Assembly (NCBI GenBank): GCA_033345235.1
Contig: JAWPOC010000014.1
Span: 3,872 to 67,871 of the forward strand
Length of the DNA: 64,000 nt
Source of the DNA: Alphaproteobacteria bacterium
Lineage (GTDB): Bacteria; Pseudomonadota; Alphaproteobacteria; Rs-D84
Reading direction: 5' to 3'
Under the pieces are notes generated by a model that saw only the letters and a program-made list of their open reading frames with translations, was not told the DNA's origin and did no database searches. This document shows positions 59,526-64,000 of the stretch, piece after piece. Made by a program: the position numbers and the translations under genes. The first letter of the stretch is position 1, and the number at the start of each line of letters is the position of its first letter.

Positions 59526-59813
59526 TTATTCTGATTTAATGGATTTGTCGTGGTATGTTTTTCGTATAATCATATATAAAATAATACCACTGAATGCCAA
59601 AGTTACAACATCACAAATAATCATTTGGATTGATTTTAAGTATATACCGTACAGTATCCAGAATACCAACCCTGTGCAATATATTATGTACATTGACAAA
59701 GATAATCCAGAAACGTTTTTAGTAACAATAGATTTAATTGCCTGGGGTATAAAAGAAACCATTGTGCATATACCGCAGATGTAACCAAATATTTCGCCAA
59801 CAATTGGGTTCAT
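59526..59813 (-). CDS. SemiSWEET / PQ-loop family transporter
   Basis: 95 aa with 3 TM segments. ...GICTMVSFIPQAIKSIVTKNVSGLSLSMY... has the PQ motif typical of bacterial SemiSWEETs. Confidence 0.75.
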   Translation of the reverse strand: MNPIVGEIFGYICGICTMVSFIPQAIKSIVTKNVSGLSLSMYIIYCTGLVFWILYGIYLKSIQMIICDVVTLAFSGIILYMIIRKTYHDKSIKSE

Positions 59814-59893
59814 GAATTTTTTCCTTTTTTTATATTATAATAAAATGTGCATTTAAATGGTATAAAAAACAAAACCGCCCAAATGGGCGGTTT

Positions 59894-60388
59894 TTATCTT
59901 TCTGGTTGTGGTTGTTGTGACGGTATTGTTCGTAAATCGGGCGCGATGTTTAATTCTGGATTTGTCTTTATTATATTTTGTAATCCACTGACGACATCGC
60001 GTGCAATTTTATCGTTTTCTATATTCAAGTTGCTATACATCCATTGTTTATTACCGTTTGGGTGTTCTTTGATGATTTTGTTTTTGACGTATTGGTCATA
60101 TGTTGCCTGCAGCAAGTCAAAAACCTTTTGTGGATTCCCAGAATATTGATTTGGCAGTGCTAAATCAATTCCAAAATAAGACCCACTGCGCCCATTTTTA
60201 TCAAGAAACGCTTTGTTCGGATCGCCATAGACCACATACACATAATGCGTTGTATTGTTTTTAGTAACCATTTTTCTGTATATGCCTGTTCTGGATGTAT
60301 TAAAAGATTGTAATAAACGGGCAGTGTTCTCGTCGCATTTAGAATGTTGTTCACCCATTGGTACGCCAAAAACAGTTAAATTCGCCAT
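59894..60388 (-). CDS. Hypothetical protein (164 aa), paralog A of 62075..62566
   Basis: Shares MA...V.GV..G.....C, GR.GSYFGI, F.LL.ATY..YVK.KII.E.PNGN..WM and a Pro-rich tail with the 163-aa protein at 62075..62566. Terminator at 59866-59896. Confidence 0.6.
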   Translation of the reverse strand: MANLTVFGVPMGEQHSKCDENTARLLQSFNTSRTGIYRKMVTKNNTTHYVYVVYGDPNKAFLDKNGRSGSYFGIDLALPNQYSGNPQKVFDLLQATYDQYVKNKIIKEHPNGNKQWMYSNLNIENDKIARDVVSGLQNIIKTNPELNIAPDLRTIPSQQPQPER

Positions 60389-60403
60389 CGTTTATCCTTT
60401 TGT

Positions 60404-60670
60404 TTACATTATGGATGCCAACAAGCTTTTAACTTCGCGCCAAGAATTGGACACGAATTGGTCAATAATATTTGCGCCATGTAATGAACTGGAATATCGC
60501 CAGAAATAATACGCCAATCCAATAAATGCTAGTGTCCCTATTAAACGCAAAATTGTAGATGTGCCACCCATCAATCCGTACAGCAAGCAACGAATTGCCA
60601 ATACTGCACATATAAACGCAATCAGTGTCATTATGACAGCGGATTCAGTAAATATTGAAAGAAATCCCAT
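60404..60670 (-). CDS. Small membrane protein (88 aa, 2-3 TM segments)
   Basis: Hydrophobic ORF 15 nt upstream of paralog A. TGATATAAT -10 at about 60694-60702 (minus). Confidence 0.55.
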   Translation of the reverse strand: MGFLSIFTESAVIMTLIAFICAVLAIRCLLYGLMGGTSTILRLIGTLAFIGLAYYFWRYSSSLHGANIIDQFVSNSWREVKSLLASIM

Positions 60671-60756
60671 TTTTTACCCCTTGCTATAACATTTGTATTA
60701 TATCACGAAAAGGCCAAGAAAAAAATGTTTATTGCAACAGGTTGCCTGATATACAA

Positions 60757-61836
60757 TTAAAAACGTTGTTTTTGTAATCGGGCAAGTAATTCTTTCCCGA
60801 TTGTATAAGAGCTTATTTCCGTTGCGGATTCCCAATATTCTTTTTTATTTGTATCTAGTACATAAGTTTGTTGGTCAAGATGGTGAATTTGACAGCCCAG
60901 CATCCCCAGATTTGGATGTTGATAATCCAATGCATGTTGCATTTCATGTACGAAATTGACCATTGTTTTAATAAACAGTTGTTCTGGGGTTGTGTTACCT
61001 TTTTTGCAATTTGAAAAGTTTATACGAATGGTTGACGTTTTAATACCGTTTGGATGTTTTTTTGGATCTTTTTTAAATTCTTCTGTTATACGTATGCGTT
61101 CGTGTTCAGATATATTGGTATTCAACTGTAAAGTAGTCCCGTTTCCATGCAGGGCGGTATAAGTATCTTGATTGGTTTCTGGTTTGATATCTGAGATTTC
61201 CCAGTCAGATACGATTTTTGTATCGATTATGCAGTTGTAATATTTACAGAATTCATAATTTAATACATGTAATAACACGTTATATGCATCCATAATGTAG
61301 TCTGGATTCGTGTTGCGTATAACGCTAATCAGTTTATGGTGTGTTTTTAACAGTTTAATCCAATAATCAGAAAATTGTCTGGATAATAAATTGTTGTTTG
61401 TCATTCCGTATTTGAAACGTTCTTGTATCTTGTGTGTTTCTTCTTTGTTTTTTGCCATTTGACTTAATTTTCTGTCGAATGTTGAAAATTCTCCGCCAAT
61501 ACAATCCAAATCTTTGTTGGTCGCAAACATAGCCATATGTAAATTTTTTGGTTTATAATTATATAATGCGATTGCTTTTTCGAATTTTGTAATAAGTTGT
61601 TCTGGCGTAAATTCTTGTAATAATCTATCTGCAGGCATATCTAAACTGCGCATTTTTTGTATCAGTTTATTTTTTTGTTTATCGCTTGTCGCCAGCTTGT
61701 ATTGTTTTAACAGCCATATTGTTTGTTCGGTGTTTCTTAATTCCAGATTTAGATAATACGCTAAAAAATTGAATTTTACATTCAATGTAAATTTTTTATG
61801 TAAAAAAACATTTTGTTTTACGGTCATATTAAACAT
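60757..61836 (-). CDS. Hypothetical protein with HExxH motif (359 aa), distant paralog of 419..1183
   Basis: MVNFVHEMQHALDYQHPNLGMLG aligns with MILHEFTHHLYVRHPDRSPLG of 419..1183. Downstream Glu (EYWESATEISSY). No signal peptide. Confidence 0.6.
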   Translation of the reverse strand: MFNMTVKQNVFLHKKFTLNVKFNFLAYYLNLELRNTEQTIWLLKQYKLATSDKQKNKLIQKMRSLDMPADRLLQEFTPEQLITKFEKAIALYNYKPKNLHMAMFATNKDLDCIGGEFSTFDRKLSQMAKNKEETHKIQERFKYGMTNNNLLSRQFSDYWIKLLKTHHKLISVIRNTNPDYIMDAYNVLLHVLNYEFCKYYNCIIDTKIVSDWEISDIKPETNQDTYTALHGNGTTLQLNTNISEHERIRITEEFKKDPKKHPNGIKTSTIRINFSNCKKGNTTPEQLFIKTMVNFVHEMQHALDYQHPNLGMLGCQIHHLDQQTYVLDTNKKEYWESATEISSYTIGKELLARLQKQRF

Positions 61837-61992
61837 TACTTTTTGTTTTTCAACTGTGTCACATATTTAACACAAGTCAAGACAATAGTGTGTGAGATCA
61901 ACATAGTGTCGAACCGGCAACGTATCGTTGCGGCTTACGAACTGTGGCCACAAAACCAAAATTAAACCACCCATAAAGGGTGGTTTAATTCT

Positions 61993-62008
61993 TGGTTGGG
62001 GCGCACGG
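61993..62008. repeat. 16-nt exact copy of the tRNA-Gln 3' end (att-like direct repeat)
   Basis: TGGTTGGGGCGCACGG at 61993-62008 is identical to 63120-63135. An imperfect inverted version (CTGCGCACCCCAACCA) lies at 62589-62604. Confidence 0.8.
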
Positions 62009-62074
62009 GCGAAATGCGAGTTGATATTGCACTTTTTTATGATATGATTAAACGTAATGAAAAAGGATACATAA

Positions 62075-62566
62075 ATGGCAGAAATAGTTGTTCATGGTGT
62101 CGTGCAGGGACAAGAAATATCACAATGCAGCAAAGAGGCAATGGAGTTTTGTGGACTATATTATATACCTGAAACAGGGATTAGAACTGATATAAAACGT
62201 CTGCCAAACAATCGCATGGCATATAGTTTATTGGTTTACAACGAACCTGGTAAGTCCTTTAAGAGTTATTCCGGACGTGCTGGCTCTTATTTTGGAATAA
62301 CCGTGTTTTTTCAAAATCAACAAGTAGCGAGTCCAGATGATTTGTTTAGGCTTTTGCTTGCTACATATAATAATTATGTAAAAGGAAAAATTATACAGGA
62401 ATTTCCAAATGGGAACAGAAAATGGATGGTTCAAACATTGTGCGATCCAAATGATACAGTTGCTAAATATGTTGTCAATGGTTTTGCAAAAATCCATGCA
62501 AAATATCCCAGTTTGATAAAAATTCAACCTTTGCCACCATTACCACATCCCGGTCGTGATTATTAA
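62075..62566 (+). CDS. Hypothetical protein (163 aa), paralog B of 59894..60388
   Basis: See paralog A. AAAGGA SD upstream. Confidence 0.6.
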   Translation: MAEIVVHGVVQGQEISQCSKEAMEFCGLYYIPETGIRTDIKRLPNNRMAYSLLVYNEPGKSFKSYSGRAGSYFGITVFFQNQQVASPDDLFRLLLATYNNYVKGKIIQEFPNGNRKWMVQTLCDPNDTVAKYVVNGFAKIHAKYPSLIKIQPLPPLPHPGRDY

Positions 62567-62766
62567 AAATTCTTTTGTTTATTTTCGCCTGCGCACCCCA
62601 ACCACTTTGAACAAAAAGACCGGTTAGAGCAGATTTTCATTGGTTTTGTAATATTTTGCCTGGTTCGAAAGTGTATGTAAATAGACAAAAAAACAAAATT
62701 CAACTTTCGAACCCGCCAAAGTCTTATATTTTTGCTCTCTGGAATGCGCTATGTATCCTTGATAAA

Positions 62767-63012
62767 TTATTTCCAAAAATGTCTTTTTGCGAATGCGTAT
62801 CCGGAACCCGTTTTAAGATATTGTTCAAATTCCAACGCGGCATCTTTCGAACTAAACGCAAAATAATTTACCAATTCCCAAGGTTTATATTTTGCCGTAT
62901 GTATTGAATATCCTGCATTATGTTGCTTTAGTCGTTTTTTTAAATCATCAGTTTGCCCGATGTATTTTTGTTCTGGATGGGAAATGCTTTTTATAAGATA
63001 GACATAAAACAT
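62767..63012 (-). CDS. GIY-YIG nuclease-family protein (UPF0213/YhbQ-like, 81 aa)
   Basis: MFYVYLIKSISHPEQKYIGQTDDLKKRLKQHN... has the GIY-(x10)-YIG motif. The start codon is preceded upstream (63030-63118) by a GC-rich palindromic tract (CCGCCTACGCCAAGGCTACGGTGG..., GTGTGGCCTGCCACAC), which also lies just downstream of the tRNA-Gln 3' end. Confidence 0.8.
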   Translation of the reverse strand: MFYVYLIKSISHPEQKYIGQTDDLKKRLKQHNAGYSIHTAKYKPWELVNYFAFSSKDAALEFEQYLKTGSGYAFAKRHFWK

Positions 63013-63119
63013 TTGATTTTTATTCCTGTCCGCCTACGCCAAGGCTACGGTGGACACTACTTCGCGATAACTACTCCGCTTGTGTGGCCTGCCACACGAA
63101 GCCTCGTAGAGGCGAAGTG

Positions 63120-63193
63120 TGGTTGGGGCGCACGGATTCGAACCATGATAAAGAGAACCAAAATCTCTTGTCCTACCATTAGACGACACCCCA
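63120..63193 (-). tRNA. tRNA-Gln (anticodon UUG)
   Basis: The reverse complement TGGGGTGTCGTCTAATGGTAGGACAAGAGATTTTGGTTCTCTTTATCATGGTTCGAATCCGTGCGCCCCAACCA folds as a cloverleaf with a U1-A72 pair and anticodon loop TT-TTG-GT. Confidence 0.9.
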
Positions 63194-63329
63194 ATTGCGA
63201 AAATGATTATAAACATCTTTTATGAAATTGCAATAATAATTTTTTTTCTTGAAATTTCTTTATTAAAATTTATAATGATTATGAATTTTAATGATTTGAC
63301 CGACCGAACTTATTATATAGGAGAAAAAA

Positions 63330-63779
63330 ATGGCGCGCAAGGAATTTGTTTCGTTACTGGAAAATAATATTTGGATGTTAACAAAATTGTCCGAAAAACT
63401 CCGCTTGGACAGGGCGGATGCGTTGGGGTATCCACGACAAATGTTGTCTATTTTGGTGCGCTTGCACCAGGGTGGACGTGCAAAACTAAAAGATATTGCG
63501 CGTCGTGAACAAGTGTCTGCGCCGAATCTGTGTGCCGCATTTAGAAAGTTGGAACATGATGGTTTGGTAATTCGGGCAACAGATGATGAAGACAGACGTA
63601 ATACTTGGTATTGTGTTTCACCGTCTGGGGTGGAATTAGCATTAAAAGCAATGGATATTTTTCGCGCAGGTGTTGAAAAAATGTTCGCAAAATTATCAAA
63701 AGAAGATGAAAAAAAATTGACAGATGCATTGCGTACAATGCGTGATGTCTTAGATAATGTGGAGTTAGATAATGAATAA
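63330..63779 (+). CDS. MarR-family transcriptional regulator
   Basis: ...QMLSILVRLHQGGRAKLKDIARREQVSAPNLCAAFRKLEHDGLVIRATDDEDRRNTWYCVSPSG...; winged-HTH MarR signature. Confidence 0.85.
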   Translation: MARKEFVSLLENNIWMLTKLSEKLRLDRADALGYPRQMLSILVRLHQGGRAKLKDIARREQVSAPNLCAAFRKLEHDGLVIRATDDEDRRNTWYCVSPSGVELALKAMDIFRAGVEKMFAKLSKEDEKKLTDALRTMRDVLDNVELDNE

Positions 63780-64000
63780 ATTGAAACAGTTTTTTTGTGC
63801 TGTGTTGGGGTTTGTGTGTGCGGCGAATTCGGCCAGTGCGTTGGATTTATCTTTGAATGGCGCGGTTGAAAAAGTCGTCGCAGAATCACATGATTTAAAA
63901 AAAGCAGATGCAAACTTGAAAAAAGCGCAGGCTTCGTTGGATGCAACAAATGCAAACAGATGGTTTAATATCGAAGGTACTGCGTCTTATATGAATTTGG
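63772..64000 (+). CDS. TolC-family outer-membrane efflux protein, N-terminal fragment (runs off the right edge)
   Basis: ATG 63772 overlaps the MarR stop codon. MNKLKQFFCAVLGFVCAANSASA signal peptide, then LDLSLNGAVEKVVAESHDLKKADANLKKAQASLDATNANRWFNIEGTASY, typical of the first TolC repeat. Confidence 0.7.
   Translation, partial: MNKLKQFFCAVLGFVCAANSASALDLSLNGAVEKVVAESHDLKKADANLKKAQASLDATNANRWFNIEGTASYMNL

Noticed and set aside
57383-63193. Intact genomic island or prophage between tRNA-Glu and tRNA-Gln
   Set aside because: No integrase, transposase, phage structural or conjugation genes are present. Only att-like tRNA-end duplications and accessory-looking genes are seen, so it is reported as a remnant, not a mobile element.
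63263-63955. 230-aa minus-strand ORF antisense to the MarR and TolC genes
   Set aside because: It has low-complexity composition and no SD. The plus strand encodes proteins with clear family signatures.

Overview
AT-rich bacterial chromosomal window. The 16S sequence looks like a divergent alphaproteobacterium (inference only, no search was run). Housekeeping content: one complete rrn operon (16S, tRNA-Ile, 23S, 5S; 12.1-17.0 kb), ribosomal protein genes rpmG, rplU-rpmA, rpmE and rpmH, acpS, dnaQ, a UvrD-family helicase, a dcw fragment (mrcA-mraY-ftsW-murG), comF, valS, gyrA, and tRNA-Leu, tRNA-Glu and tRNA-Gln. Three real genes fall below the ORF-track length cutoff: rpmG, rpmH and a 39-aa lipoprotein. 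About half the window is lineage-specific material. (1) A roughly 220-250 nt structured 5' leader occurs three times (ending at 5297, 7907 and 50276). Its helices covary between copies and it has an SD / anti-SD / SD-mimic layout. Each copy precedes genes for secreted proteins. (2) Five paralogous polytopic membrane proteins lie at 32.7-39.2 kb. They are tentatively TrbL/VirB6-like, four are translationally coupled, one carries a G11 tract, and no other type IV secretion genes are in the window. (3) Two large secreted Cys-rich paralogs (846 and 1097 aa) are present, the larger one bracketed by direct repeats built from palindromic elements. (4) Five small single-pass membrane proteins share a conserved C-terminal motif and sit just downstream of the rrn operon. 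(5) The segment between tRNA-Glu and tRNA-Gln (57.4-63.2 kb) looks accessory. It holds an HExxH protein, two inverted 163/164-aa paralogs, a GIY-YIG gene and duplicated tRNA 3' ends. No CRISPR array, integrase, transposase or recognisable defence or biosynthetic cluster was seen.
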